Origin: a candidate division WWE3 bacterium
GTDB taxonomy: Bacteria > Patescibacteriota > 4484-211 > GCA-002791395
NCBI GenBank assembly: GCA_013335095.1
Contig: JAAXWF010000002.1
Location: 205,566-269,565 of the forward strand
Length of the DNA: 64,000 nt
Direction: 5' to 3'
The position numbers were made by a program, and so were the translations under genes. Shown in pieces: positions 28,076 through 38,009 of this stretch. Numbering within the stretch: the stretch's first letter is position 1; each line of letters begins with the position of its first letter. The notes under the pieces are model-generated. The model saw nothing but the letters and a program-made list of their open reading frames with translations, was not told the DNA's origin and searched no databases.

Positions 28076-28612
28076 ATGCAGGAGCAAGAAAAACCAACCG
28101 CACCGATTTCTAAATCTTTAATAATCGGAAGCGGACTCGTATTGCTGACAATTATCGGCGGTTTAGGATATATGTACTGGGACGTAAGTAATAAGGGTAA
28201 CGTCCTCAGCGAACAATCGACTCAAGCGACTCCCACACGAACCCCAACTCCAACAAAACGTCCAGAACAGATGAACGCAGACGATAAAATACAAGCTGAA
28301 CTTAAAATTGCAGCCGAAGCGTTTGAAAAATGCGCTATTGATAACCAGGATCTATTTGAAAAAGGAAAATGCGATTCAATTGCCAACTTAACCAAATCAA
28401 ATTACTACAAGCAACAGTATGTAAATACGAATTTTAAGGTTGTTGGAACTGATGACCATAAAGTAGGAATGATCTTTGCAAAAGCTGATGATCAAAAGAT
28501 TACGTGTGAATATACCCCACCCAAAGGCGGCGGTAATAATCGATACCACGTGTACCGAAGCATCGCAAAAGTTTTACGAATTGAATGTTGGTCGGGAGAA
28601 CCTCCACTGTAA
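28076..28612 (+). CDS. TM-anchored exported hypothetical protein
   Basis: N-terminal TM (LIIGSGLVLLTIIGGLGYMYW), T/P linker, Cys-containing globular C-terminus. Confidence 0.4.
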   Translation: MQEQEKPTAPISKSLIIGSGLVLLTIIGGLGYMYWDVSNKGNVLSEQSTQATPTRTPTPTKRPEQMNADDKIQAELKIAAEAFEKCAIDNQDLFEKGKCDSIANLTKSNYYKQQYVNTNFKVVGTDDHKVGMIFAKADDQKITCEYTPPKGGGNNRYHVYRSIAKVLRIECWSGEPPL

Positions 28613-28620
28613 AACCCCTA

Positions 28621-29904
28621 TTACTTATTTTTCCATGGATTTTGAGAGCTTATTGCTCCTAAATAGGGTCGTGATAGCAAGAACTGTTTTAATATAGACC
28701 GAATTTCGTCCTCGGTTATCATCGATGCTATCTGTACGTACTCTTGGGGTACAACTATTCGATCTTCATAAAAAAGCTCGGTTAAAAACATATCTGCAAT
28801 ATCCGAGATTGAATCAAATCGCATCATTGTACGCAGTCCCATATATTTACGAGCTCGATCGACATCTTCTGATGGGATTGGTTCACTAATAAACGAATTA
28901 AGCACCTGATTAATAACCGCGACGACCTCATCGACCTGGTCATTTGCAACTGAGGCGGCGACTTCAAAGATCCCGATATTCGGTAAAAACCAATAATCAC
29001 TATCTATCGAATAGACTAAACCGAGGCGCTGTCTTAATTCACGAAATAAACGGGCTTGGTGTGATCCACCGATCAGATATGAAGCTAAGTTTAATGCAAT
29101 TTCTTGACGCAAAGTCCATTGATCGGTATCAGTAATCATCCAACGCAGTACTAAACCGGTACTTTTAGATGCCATCTTATGCCAAATATATTGATCTTGT
29201 TTTGGTTTTGGAGGAATTATCGGCACATTAATGCGAGGATGCGGGGTTCGTGATTCAAGAATTGTAGAAAAGCGCTCAAGTACATGGTCGCAGTCGAATC
29301 GTCCGACGACTCCCACCACCATTTGCGCTGGAGTAATAAACCGATCGTGCAATGAGCGTAAACCCGCACACGTTGCTTTCGATATAGTCTCTAGCGATCC
29401 AATCGGTGATTGATTATATATATGCGAAGGTCCCAGCATCCGTTTTGAATATTTTTTCTCAAATAGTCGTGAAGGACTGAAATTAAGATCTTTGTATTCC
29501 TGAGTGATTACTTTTATCTCTCGTTGAAGTTCGGATTCGGGGAAAGTCGGGTTAAATATCCGTTCTTCCAGCAATGTTAATGCCGGCTCAATCGATTGGT
29601 AGGGAAGTTTAAACAAATACACAATACTTCGTCCAGAGGTTACCGCATTACTACTAATTGCATGTGATTCTTCAAATTCATTCAATGTTTCAATATTGGG
29701 AAACAAAGCCGTTCCCTGAAACGACATGTGTTCAAGTAGATGAAACAGGCCTAACTGAGAACGCGATTCATACCAAGAACCAGCATGGAACATTACCCGA
29801 ATTACAACAGTCCGAACTTCTTCCATTGGATACAACAAAATATTTGCATCATGGACGACGGTATGAAAAGGTTTCTTGACCGCATCAAAAACTGTTTGGT
29901 CCAT
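28621..29904 (-). CDS. M16 family (pitrilysin/insulinase-like) zinc peptidase
   Basis: Inverted zinc motif HxxEH in FHLLEHMSFQGT near the N-terminus. Length and two-domain layout typical of M16. Confidence 0.75.
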   Translation of the reverse strand: MDQTVFDAVKKPFHTVVHDANILLYPMEEVRTVVIRVMFHAGSWYESRSQLGLFHLLEHMSFQGTALFPNIETLNEFEESHAISSNAVTSGRSIVYLFKLPYQSIEPALTLLEERIFNPTFPESELQREIKVITQEYKDLNFSPSRLFEKKYSKRMLGPSHIYNQSPIGSLETISKATCAGLRSLHDRFITPAQMVVGVVGRFDCDHVLERFSTILESRTPHPRINVPIIPPKPKQDQYIWHKMASKSTGLVLRWMITDTDQWTLRQEIALNLASYLIGGSHQARLFRELRQRLGLVYSIDSDYWFLPNIGIFEVAASVANDQVDEVVAVINQVLNSFISEPIPSEDVDRARKYMGLRTMMRFDSISDIADMFLTELFYEDRIVVPQEYVQIASMITEDEIRSILKQFLLSRPYLGAISSQNPWKNK

Positions 29905-29908
29905 ATTT

Positions 29909-30298
29909 TTATGAGAAAAAATCCAAATAAATACCCCAAATCAGGGCGATGGCAGACATTATAAAGATAAATATCGAGTTAACTTTTTCTTTTGATGAAA
30001 GTAGGGTACCAAAAATATAATCCATTGCTTCTTTTTCGTCAGTTGTTAATCCCGAAAGCGAGTTCACTTTACTTTTTAAATCATATTGTTGAATGAGCTT
30101 GGCCCGTTTAGCCGAGATTTGATATCGATGAACAAAGTAAAAAATAAATCCGATTGTTCCAATATACCACGCAATTTGAGACCAAAATGTATTGTAATAG
30201 TTTAGAACGACGATAATCCGATACGCAAAAGTCGCGATAATACCCATCCAAAAATAAAATAAGCGGACGGGCTTTGAATGATATGTCGGCTTTTCCAT
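29909..30298 (-). CDS. small integral membrane protein (hypothetical)
   Basis: Three or four predicted TM helices. No motif. Confidence 0.3.
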   Translation of the reverse strand: MEKPTYHSKPVRLFYFWMGIIATFAYRIIVVLNYYNTFWSQIAWYIGTIGFIFYFVHRYQISAKRAKLIQQYDLKSKVNSLSGLTTDEKEAMDYIFGTLLSSKEKVNSIFIFIMSAIALIWGIYLDFFS

Positions 30299-30315
30299 CT
30301 TTGGATTATCTTACA

Positions 30316-31068
30316 CTAAATTCGTAACGCATAATAGGTTGTAATTATAAGCGTTATCGCTATCGCAATAATTAGAATGACAATAGTTCGTCTTCCTGGG
30401 CGAAATATTTTTTGCTGTCGCTCTAAATCAATAAACCAAATTTTCTTCTGCGTCTTATACACTAAAATAGCCAAACCGACTAACGCTAATAGGAATATTA
30501 CCGGAAGGATCCCGACAAAGAACACTTTTCCAAAGATAGCGACCATCCCATTAATGATGATAAAAACCAACCGCATTTCGGATGTTCCAAAACCATAGTA
30601 GGAGATTCGAAAATCGCCGGTAACTCCAAACTCCAGAAAGGCACTAACCATAAATCCACTAAATAAGGCCAAGGTAAAGAACAATACGTAGTACCATTCC
30701 GGCGGAATTAAAAACGAATACCCAATCAGAATCGCGCACAAGAAAATATAATCAAAGAAATGGTCCATGAAGTATCCCCACTTAACTAATCCGGTATTGC
30801 GATATCGGCCGACCGCACCATCGAGCATATCTGCAATATGTTGGGATGCGATTGCTGCAGAGGTTAGCCATAACCACGCTTCATTAGAATTAGCCAAATA
30901 CCCCGTAAGGATAATTAATGCGGAGAATGGAATCGTTAATAACGTTAAATGATATGTTTCGATACCTTTTGGTACAAGCGGAGTTGCCCATTTAATAAAC
31001 CGCTTCTCTAGGCTTTGTAACATATACGTATCGACTTTTTCGGCACCGCGAAACTTAGTATCTCCCAC
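30316..31068 (-). CDS. CDP-alcohol phosphatidyltransferase family protein
   Basis: DMLDGAVGRYRNTGLVKWGYFMDHFFD fits D-x2-D-G-x2-[AG]-R...G-x3-D-x3-D. Polytopic membrane protein. Confidence 0.6.
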   Translation of the reverse strand: MGDTKFRGAEKVDTYMLQSLEKRFIKWATPLVPKGIETYHLTLLTIPFSALIILTGYLANSNEAWLWLTSAAIASQHIADMLDGAVGRYRNTGLVKWGYFMDHFFDYIFLCAILIGYSFLIPPEWYYVLFFTLALFSGFMVSAFLEFGVTGDFRISYYGFGTSEMRLVFIIINGMVAIFGKVFFVGILPVIFLLALVGLAILVYKTQKKIWFIDLERQQKIFRPGRRTIVILIIAIAITLIITTYYALRI

Positions 31069-32391
31069 ATGAATATTATACGCGTTCTTACAATCTTAAC
31101 GCAAAATATCGATGATACAATTAAACCCATGCCGGATATGGTTTTAAAAGTATCTGAATTTAATGAACTCATTCATACGTATTTATCGCAAAGTAAAGTC
31201 TTCACCATCGCGGGTGAAATAAGCCAACTCAAAATAAGTCAAAACAAGTGGGTATTCATGACCATAAAAGATGAATCGGCAAGTCTAGACGTATTTGGCA
31301 CAATTTTTCAAATTACCAACTATAAATTACTCGAAGAGGGGATGCAGGTCCATGTTTATGGTATCCCTGGTTTATACGTAAAAACTGGTCGATTCAGTCT
31401 GCAAGCAAGCCAAGTGATACCAAGTGGAGATGGGTCGCTAAAAATTGCATATGAAAAACTTAAGCTACAGCTCGAAAAAGAAGGACTTTTTGATCGTGCA
31501 CGAAAACGCACTCTCCCCGAATATCCAGAACGAATTGGCTTGATAACCGCGAAAGGATCTCAGGCCTACAATGATTTTGTAAAAGTATTGGCCGAGCGAT
31601 GGGGGGGAATCAAAATCTATTTCCTTCCTGTACAAGTACAAGGAAACGCTGCGGTTAAATCTGTGTGTCAGGCAATTGAATATATGAACGGAGCGCATCC
31701 GGATATTGACGTATTAGTTGTAACAAGAGGAGGCGGGAGCTTGGAAGATTTAATTGCATTTAATGATGAGAACGTAGTCCGCTCAATTTTTGCATCTCGA
31801 ATTCCAGTAGTTAGTGCCATCGGACATGAAGGAGATGTCAGTCTTAGTGATATGGTAGCTGATTTAAGAGCTTCAACGCCATCCAATGCAGCCCAACTTA
31901 TTGTTAAAGATCGGGCAGAATTAAAAAAATTAATAATCCATCGACAGCAGATGCTTGGTAAACTCATGGATCAAAAAGTATTAACACTCAGACACCGAGT
32001 AAAACACGGCGTCGAAAAAATGTCGGGACAGATGCAGATGCAAACAAATCGTTTTCACAAACAGCTCCATCTGTTTAATCATCATCTGTTACGGTTCGAA
32101 CAAAGACGCCAAGAATTCAGAACCAGAATATATACCAATGTCGTTAGGTTGAACAAATCAATAGATATTTGGTTAGAAAGACACATGGTGCAAATTCAGA
32201 ACCAAACCAAACTTCTTAAATCACTTGATTACCAACGAATTTTACAAAGAGGTTTCAGCATCACCAGACGCAATGATGGTACAATCATTAGGAGTATCCA
32301 AGACCTACCAGAAGGCGCAACACTTATCACAACAATTTCAGATGGTGTTGTGTATTCTAGTGTTGATGAGATAAAAATAAATCATGAATGA
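31069..32391 (+). CDS. xseA: exodeoxyribonuclease VII large subunit
   Basis: N-terminal OB-fold region and catalytic core with conserved blocks GLITAKGSQAYNDF, VTRGGGSLEDLIAFNDE, SAIGHEGDVSLSDMVADLRASTPSNAAQL. Confidence 0.85.
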   Translation: MNIIRVLTILTQNIDDTIKPMPDMVLKVSEFNELIHTYLSQSKVFTIAGEISQLKISQNKWVFMTIKDESASLDVFGTIFQITNYKLLEEGMQVHVYGIPGLYVKTGRFSLQASQVIPSGDGSLKIAYEKLKLQLEKEGLFDRARKRTLPEYPERIGLITAKGSQAYNDFVKVLAERWGGIKIYFLPVQVQGNAAVKSVCQAIEYMNGAHPDIDVLVVTRGGGSLEDLIAFNDENVVRSIFASRIPVVSAIGHEGDVSLSDMVADLRASTPSNAAQLIVKDRAELKKLIIHRQQMLGKLMDQKVLTLRHRVKHGVEKMSGQMQMQTNRFHKQLHLFNHHLLRFEQRRQEFRTRIYTNVVRLNKSIDIWLERHMVQIQNQTKLLKSLDYQRILQRGFSITRRNDGTIIRSIQDLPEGATLITTISDGVVYSSVDEIKINHE

Positions 32392-32638
32392 CACGACACC
32401 AGCACCAAGTGAATTTACAAAATCATTAGCCGAATTTGAGTCGATTATTCGAGAATTTGATCGAGATCAGGTTGATTTAGAACAGGGGATACCTAAATTT
32501 AAACGTGGTAACGAACTGGCTCGATTGCTACTGAATCGCTTATCTCAGATTGAAAATGAGATTAAAGAAATCAAAGCTGAGTTTGCTGATCTTGAAGAGC
32601 AATCCGCAACGCCATCCGATAGTGAGTTATCTGAATAA
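32384..32638 (+). CDS. xseB: exodeoxyribonuclease VII small subunit
   Basis: 84 aa. FEsiIreF...LEQGIpkFKRGNELARLLLNRL matches the XseB helical pattern. Overlaps the xseA stop (operon). Confidence 0.7.
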   Translation: MNDTTPAPSEFTKSLAEFESIIREFDRDQVDLEQGIPKFKRGNELARLLLNRLSQIENEIKEIKAEFADLEEQSATPSDSELSE

Positions 32639-32651
32639 CAGTTAGACAGAC

Positions 32652-33179
32652 ATGGCACGTCTTTTTGTTGGTATACCAATTTCAGAAAAACTTCAAAGAA
32701 TTATTATCGATTGGCAACAACAACACTCTTTTTCTGAATCAGTCCGATGGATAAAACCGGAAAATCTCCATATAACATTAATACCACCCTGGGAAACGAA
32801 TTCTGTTCATGAGACTATCAAAAAAGTATCATCCTGGGAGTCGCCAACGTTAGGATTTGATATTAAATTCGATACAATTACATTTGGACACGCGCACCCA
32901 AATCCTTCGGTTATTTGGGCAACGGGACAAACACCTGAATCTCTTTTACTAATACGAAGTTCACTCCATTCAATTGTCCCGAATAATGCCGAAAAAAATC
33001 AACATTTTTTAATGCATACCACCATCGGTCGGATGAATTGGAAATTTCATAGTGAATTTACACTAAACAAGCAAATTAATTGGAAAGAAACGATACACAC
33101 TATCTGTTTATATGAATCAAAGCTTTTACCAACCGGGGCAGAATACAGTAAGCTTAAAGAGATACAATTAGAAAATTAA
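32652..33179 (+). CDS. 2H-phosphoesterase family protein (RNA 2',3'-cyclic phosphodiesterase / LigT-like)
   Basis: Two H-x-[TS]-x motifs (HITLI and HTTIGR) at the spacing expected for the 2H fold. Confidence 0.55.
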   Translation: MARLFVGIPISEKLQRIIIDWQQQHSFSESVRWIKPENLHITLIPPWETNSVHETIKKVSSWESPTLGFDIKFDTITFGHAHPNPSVIWATGQTPESLLLIRSSLHSIVPNNAEKNQHFLMHTTIGRMNWKFHSEFTLNKQINWKETIHTICLYESKLLPTGAEYSKLKEIQLEN

Positions 33180-33180
33180 A

Positions 33181-33810
33181 TCACGGCCACGGCTTGTCGT
33201 TACGGTACAATTTTTTAAGAACAGCATTACCTTTTCCATCAACGCTTACAACGGCTTGAGTAGGACCATTACTACCCCAAGCTGTCGTTCCGGTGCCTTC
33301 AGGAATATAGTATTCTTCAATACCGTACTCAATTGTTGCGGTGATAAAATACGATGGTGCAGTTTTATATGAATTGTAGGTATCAGTACTATCCATAGGA
33401 ACTAAATCGCGATAACCATCATAGCTGCTTCTATCCACATATGTCACATGACCTTTAATAAAGGTACCCGATTTTGGCATGACAGTCGATACAGAACCCG
33501 ATTCTGGCTGCCATGTTTTTCCATAACGACGTAATGGAACATATATTGTGTCACCAAGCTGAACGTTTTGGTTTTCAAAATAATATGAATCAAGCCGGGT
33601 TAGATCTGTATATTCAAAGGTAACATAATCACCCCGTAACGGATCTCGAGGATCAACTGGATTAATCGATAAAACGACTTCGGTGCCGCCTGCTACAACC
33701 AAAAATTTAAATAATATTAGTAAAAATATTACCGAGACCTGGAGCACTAACGCAGCCAGAAATCGCTGTGTGTTTGTAGTTGATTTTAGATAATTAAGTA
33801 CACTATTCAT
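33181..33810 (-). CDS. GDYXXLXY-family protein (TM-anchored)
   Basis: N-terminal TM. Motif GDYVTFEYT matches the GDYXXLXY signature. Last gene of a three-gene membrane cassette. Confidence 0.5.
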   Translation of the reverse strand: MNSVLNYLKSTTNTQRFLAALVLQVSVIFLLILFKFLVVAGGTEVVLSINPVDPRDPLRGDYVTFEYTDLTRLDSYYFENQNVQLGDTIYVPLRRYGKTWQPESGSVSTVMPKSGTFIKGHVTYVDRSSYDGYRDLVPMDSTDTYNSYKTAPSYFITATIEYGIEEYYIPEGTGTTAWGSNGPTQAVVSVDGKGNAVLKKLYRNDKPWP

Positions 33811-33812
33811 AA

Positions 33813-34961
33813 TTATTCAGCTTTTTTAGATAACACCGTAGAAAGGACTTGACGTCGTCCTTTCTCCATCAAATAACCGATTACAAATAAGATTACTCCT
33901 GCACTGATAAAGAATAAACTTTTATCAAGGAAGGAGAAGAACCAATCGAAGTATTTAATCGCAATAAGGATAAAAAGAAGCAAGGTTCCTAAATTGATCA
34001 TACCAATATCTCGGTGAACGTATCCGATGAAAATAATGCCAAGAACCTCTACAAAAACTAACACATTGAAAAGTAAGATCCAAAACATTTGTACATCAGT
34101 ATACGTTTGCGCATAGCCATAATAGTCACTATAAGAACCCGTGGGTAACATTGATGCCGGTACAATTGACAGCATTAGAAATACCAGAGTCAATCCAGAC
34201 AATGCGATAACTTCATAATTATTCAGTAAACCGTGCTGAACGGCATAGCCCATCGAGAATACAATAATGCTCCCAAAGACAATGAATGATAATACAAATG
34301 GTGTGTAGGTCCATGGTAATCCACCAGAAGACAGTGCACCCAATAATTCAGTTACCCCAGCTTGAGTAGAAAATATAAATAATACGAGCGTTATAAACAA
34401 TAACCCGACCATTGTGTATACAAATGAGAACCGTCCCCATTGAAAATGAGCCTTATGGATATAACCGATTATGTATAAGGCGATTGCAATTAAGGCGAGT
34501 CCGATAATGATGCTCAGTGGACGAACTGGGTATTCACCATAAACGGCAATACGTCCCATATCAGGTTGAGACCAGAAAAAGATCCAATCAGACGCTTTTA
34601 ATGCCCACCAAAACATACCTCCTCCTAAAGCTATCGGTAATAAATAAACGCTTTTAAGTAAGTACGAGGCGATAAAGAAGACGGCAATCGAACTTAAAGT
34701 AATCCACCACAAGCTAATGGGATGACCTAATTCTCGATTTATAGCAATTAAAAGATTCGCCACAAAAAAGAATCCAATCACATAGAGCAATTGGCTTAAA
34801 ATATCCTCTTTTCTTAAATGGACGTTGATCGGCATACCTAAGGTTTTTTGACGATTTCTAGCCGTCCAAAAGAAAATTGCTCCAATAATCAATAATGGTG
34901 ACGAAAGGATACTGCCTATAGAAAAAATAACATTGTAATAAAAGCTATCACCTAAAAACAT
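33813..34961 (-). CDS. polytopic membrane protein (DUF4401-like, tentative)
   Basis: About 10 TM helices. Gene order DUF2157 - polytopic membrane protein - GDYXXLXY recalls a known conserved cassette (from memory). Confidence 0.4.
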   Translation of the reverse strand: MFLGDSFYYNVIFSIGSILSSPLLIIGAIFFWTARNRQKTLGMPINVHLRKEDILSQLLYVIGFFFVANLLIAINRELGHPISLWWITLSSIAVFFIASYLLKSVYLLPIALGGGMFWWALKASDWIFFWSQPDMGRIAVYGEYPVRPLSIIIGLALIAIALYIIGYIHKAHFQWGRFSFVYTMVGLLFITLVLFIFSTQAGVTELLGALSSGGLPWTYTPFVLSFIVFGSIIVFSMGYAVQHGLLNNYEVIALSGLTLVFLMLSIVPASMLPTGSYSDYYGYAQTYTDVQMFWILLFNVLVFVEVLGIIFIGYVHRDIGMINLGTLLLFILIAIKYFDWFFSFLDKSLFFISAGVILFVIGYLMEKGRRQVLSTVLSKKAE

Positions 34962-35657
34962 TTAGTAAACTTCCTCCATTTCATTGTCGAAAAGATTACG
35001 TCGAATTATCCAACCGCCCCCAATAGTGGAAATACTTGCCAATAATAAAATAAATACCGATGTTACTAATGTTGTTTGATGGCCAGCAATAGACTCAAGA
35101 AGAACGATTGGGTAACCGATAACACTGACCATTCCCACAATAACCCCAACCGTTACGATTAAAAGTGAATTGATGGCAAGTCCCATTACGATAGATCCAA
35201 TTAACCACAAGATAAACCCATCCGGCCAATTCGCTGATATATGGAAAATCTGACCAACGAGAAAGATTCCACCACCATAAATTAAATTACCGAGCAACAA
35301 AAGTGCATTGCCTGTTTTTACATAGTCTCGGGCCTCTCTAAACCACCAGCCCAAACCATATGCGGCTGACATTCCCATCAAAATAACGAGTACTTTTACT
35401 TCGCTTGGCAATAATTGCCAATTACTCGCGATAAACGAAAACATACCGGCACCAACTAATATCGCGCCGCCTAAAACGATATAGTTAATTGTTCGCTTTT
35501 GAGCATCTTCGGGAGACGTTTGAGATTCGATAATTGAAAAAGCACGATTGATTTCATCAACTGAGGATCCATTCGTTAACTGGATTTTGAAGATCTGTTC
35601 TTTAGTTTTTCCTGATTCTAGAGCTGATTTTATACTATCAACTAAAGTATTTGTCAT
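34962..35657 (-). CDS. membrane protein (DUF2157-like, tentative)
   Basis: Soluble N-terminal approx 50 aa then 4-5 TM helices. First gene of the cassette. Stop/start adjacency with the next gene. Confidence 0.4.
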   Translation of the reverse strand: MTNTLVDSIKSALESGKTKEQIFKIQLTNGSSVDEINRAFSIIESQTSPEDAQKRTINYIVLGGAILVGAGMFSFIASNWQLLPSEVKVLVILMGMSAAYGLGWWFREARDYVKTGNALLLLGNLIYGGGIFLVGQIFHISANWPDGFILWLIGSIVMGLAINSLLIVTVGVIVGMVSVIGYPIVLLESIAGHQTTLVTSVFILLLASISTIGGGWIIRRNLFDNEMEEVY

Positions 35658-35709
35658 TTAAGTAATTTTATTAGAACAAAATTACATATGCTTTGCAATA
35701 GGATAAACT

Positions 35710-36474
35710 TTATAGAGAAACAAATGTTAACACATCTGGAGTTGATGAATTTAATTTATAACCATTGCAATTGAATTGAGCCACTTCTGCGAGCGTATGG
35801 GCTTCTCTCTCAATTAAATATTGAACCAGCAGTCCACGAGCTTTTTTAGTCAAGATTCCATGATTATGTATTACGCCCTTAACTTGCTCCATAAACTCCA
35901 CCGTAATGACCGGAACAGGAAGTGCGGTAAAATCTATCGCGCGGGTATATTCAATAGATGCCAAATTTAAAACAAACGGGTGATTATGCTCTCGAATCTC
36001 TTCAGATAAATACTGAGTAATTGCCTTCTGCCAGAACTTATTTAACGACATGTTCTTACCAATCTTTAGCGTTGTTGTCATTTCTAGTCGATACGGCTGG
36101 ATTAAATCCATTGGACGAACGATTCCATATAACCCAGAGAGGATTCGCAGGGTTTGTGACGCGTATTTTATTTGAGAAGAGGTGTATGAAGTAGGTCTTA
36201 ATTGTCGATAAATATCACCATGATATGCAAACAAAGCTGGACGCGAATTAGCTTTGGTATGTTTGTACTGCCAATTACGGAAACGTTCATGATTTAGTTC
36301 AGCAATACTCTGACTAACGCCTAAAATAGTGGCTAATTTCTTTAACGGATACGAACGCAACAGATTAATTATTTGCTCGGACTGATCTAAAAAAAGTGGC
36401 AATGTCGGTACCAAATCATTTCGAAGAGGGGATTCAAAATCCATAGTCTTGGCCGATGTCGTTAGTATTATCAT
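35710..36474 (-). CDS. yaaA: peroxide stress protein YaaA (UPF0246/DUF328)
   Basis: MIILTTSAKTMDF...FRNWQ...ALFAYHGDIY...LRILSGLYGIVRPMDLIQPYRLEM...VLNLASIEY...KKARGLLVQYLIE is near-collinear with E. coli YaaA. Confidence 0.8.
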   Translation of the reverse strand: MIILTTSAKTMDFESPLRNDLVPTLPLFLDQSEQIINLLRSYPLKKLATILGVSQSIAELNHERFRNWQYKHTKANSRPALFAYHGDIYRQLRPTSYTSSQIKYASQTLRILSGLYGIVRPMDLIQPYRLEMTTTLKIGKNMSLNKFWQKAITQYLSEEIREHNHPFVLNLASIEYTRAIDFTALPVPVITVEFMEQVKGVIHNHGILTKKARGLLVQYLIEREAHTLAEVAQFNCNGYKLNSSTPDVLTFVSL

Positions 36475-36482
36475 CTTAATAT

Positions 36483-37985
36483 CTAGATGCGATAACCCAT
36501 TTGCCGCGCCAAAAATTTCACTTGATCAACACTAAGCCCACTGAGATGGGTAAGGTTTTGTTCACGTAATGCTTTTATATTTGCTATTTTTTCACGAATA
36601 GCGACTTCCTCTTCTGCCGTAGGATGTTCTAAATCCTGGGCAACACGTCGGTTTGACTCATCTCGAAATTGCTGGCGTAGTTCATGAATACTCAACTGAT
36701 CTTCAATATCAGTTAGTCGTTGACGCGCGGCTCGACCATTTGCTTCAAAGTGTTGATATGACGTTTCGAGCTGCTGACGGAGCTCTTCTTTACGAGGATG
36801 ATCTACAACGGATGGGTGTTCCATCAATCGATTCAACACCTCCGGCATTAGTCGACCTTGCCAACGAATAAATCCTTCTTGGGTTTGCCACCATTCAAGC
36901 ATAGTTAGTGCTAAATGGCCCCTCTCTTCGGCGCTTAACGATTCAACACCACGCGCAACATTTTCTGACACGCCAATATTCAATTCTCGAAACTCCTTAT
37001 CTCCCTCACCAAAGGCAAGTTGCGGATTATATTCACGACCATACGGACCACGTAAATCAGATATGGCCAATGCGAACCCTCGCAATGAGCTTTCACTTTG
37101 TAGGTGCGGCTGAAAAAACATTGGGCCAGTGGTTTCATCATCAAGCCGAACACCCATGATTGCTTCGGGTTGGGTTGTTCTAATATCGCTTACGACCTCA
37201 TCACGAGAAACCGAAAAAACGGGTTCGCCATCGGGTGTTCTAAATCGGTCCAGCTGATCACCTAAGAGCTCACCGCTTTGGACCTCGTTATCACCCCGTT
37301 TTCGTAACCGGAATGAGCCACCTTCAAACATCTGAATGACATCATGGGCATAGGCTTCGAGTTCAAGGACGTCAAAATCCTCTTCGGTAACCGCTTCGGG
37401 GATGATCTCTTGAATCATCTGCAATATCTCGCGACTATATCCAGCGATCCGTTCGGCATGTTCAAGGTTATGAAACGGAAGCTCAGATCCCTCGACCCCG
37501 TAATGCTGACGTAATGCTTCACGCAGCATCTCGCGCATATATGAAACGGCATGTTGGCGATTTTCTACGACAACTTCGGTCTGCGGCATACGCAACCGTT
37601 CACCTCGGATACCTTGATTTCGATCAAACTCTTCACGCGATGGTAGACCAAGTAAAACTCTTTTTTGACGCGTAATTCGATTTATCGAGGCGGTACATTG
37701 ATCAATACGAGCTGGAAAATCATTACGGGAAATAATACCCTCGGACCCAAGATCTAATTCGGCACGATAACTCTCAAGTTCTTGCCGTTCATCGCTCATC
37801 GCATCGATAAGCTGTTGACGCAACTGCTCTTGCCTGACAATCTCTTGTTCGAGTTGCTCCAGTTCCCGAACAATCTCACCGGTCTGTTGCTCGGGAGACA
37901 CGTTAGTTTCCCCATTAGATTCAGCAGAATCAAGGGATTCCGGGGATCGATTATGTAATTCTTCGGAGGATGAATTCGCGTTCAT
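36483..37985 (-). CDS. coiled-coil protein with putative HD-type phosphohydrolase motif (hypothetical)
   Basis: N-terminal coiled coil. FHNLEHAERIA...EAYAHDVIQ resembles an H...HD metal site. Weak. Confidence 0.3.
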   Translation of the reverse strand: MNANSSSEELHNRSPESLDSAESNGETNVSPEQQTGEIVRELEQLEQEIVRQEQLRQQLIDAMSDERQELESYRAELDLGSEGIISRNDFPARIDQCTASINRITRQKRVLLGLPSREEFDRNQGIRGERLRMPQTEVVVENRQHAVSYMREMLREALRQHYGVEGSELPFHNLEHAERIAGYSREILQMIQEIIPEAVTEEDFDVLELEAYAHDVIQMFEGGSFRLRKRGDNEVQSGELLGDQLDRFRTPDGEPVFSVSRDEVVSDIRTTQPEAIMGVRLDDETTGPMFFQPHLQSESSLRGFALAISDLRGPYGREYNPQLAFGEGDKEFRELNIGVSENVARGVESLSAEERGHLALTMLEWWQTQEGFIRWQGRLMPEVLNRLMEHPSVVDHPRKEELRQQLETSYQHFEANGRAARQRLTDIEDQLSIHELRQQFRDESNRRVAQDLEHPTAEEEVAIREKIANIKALREQNLTHLSGLSVDQVKFLARQMGYRI

Positions 37986-38009
37986 AGAATATATCTAATA
38001 GTACACGAA

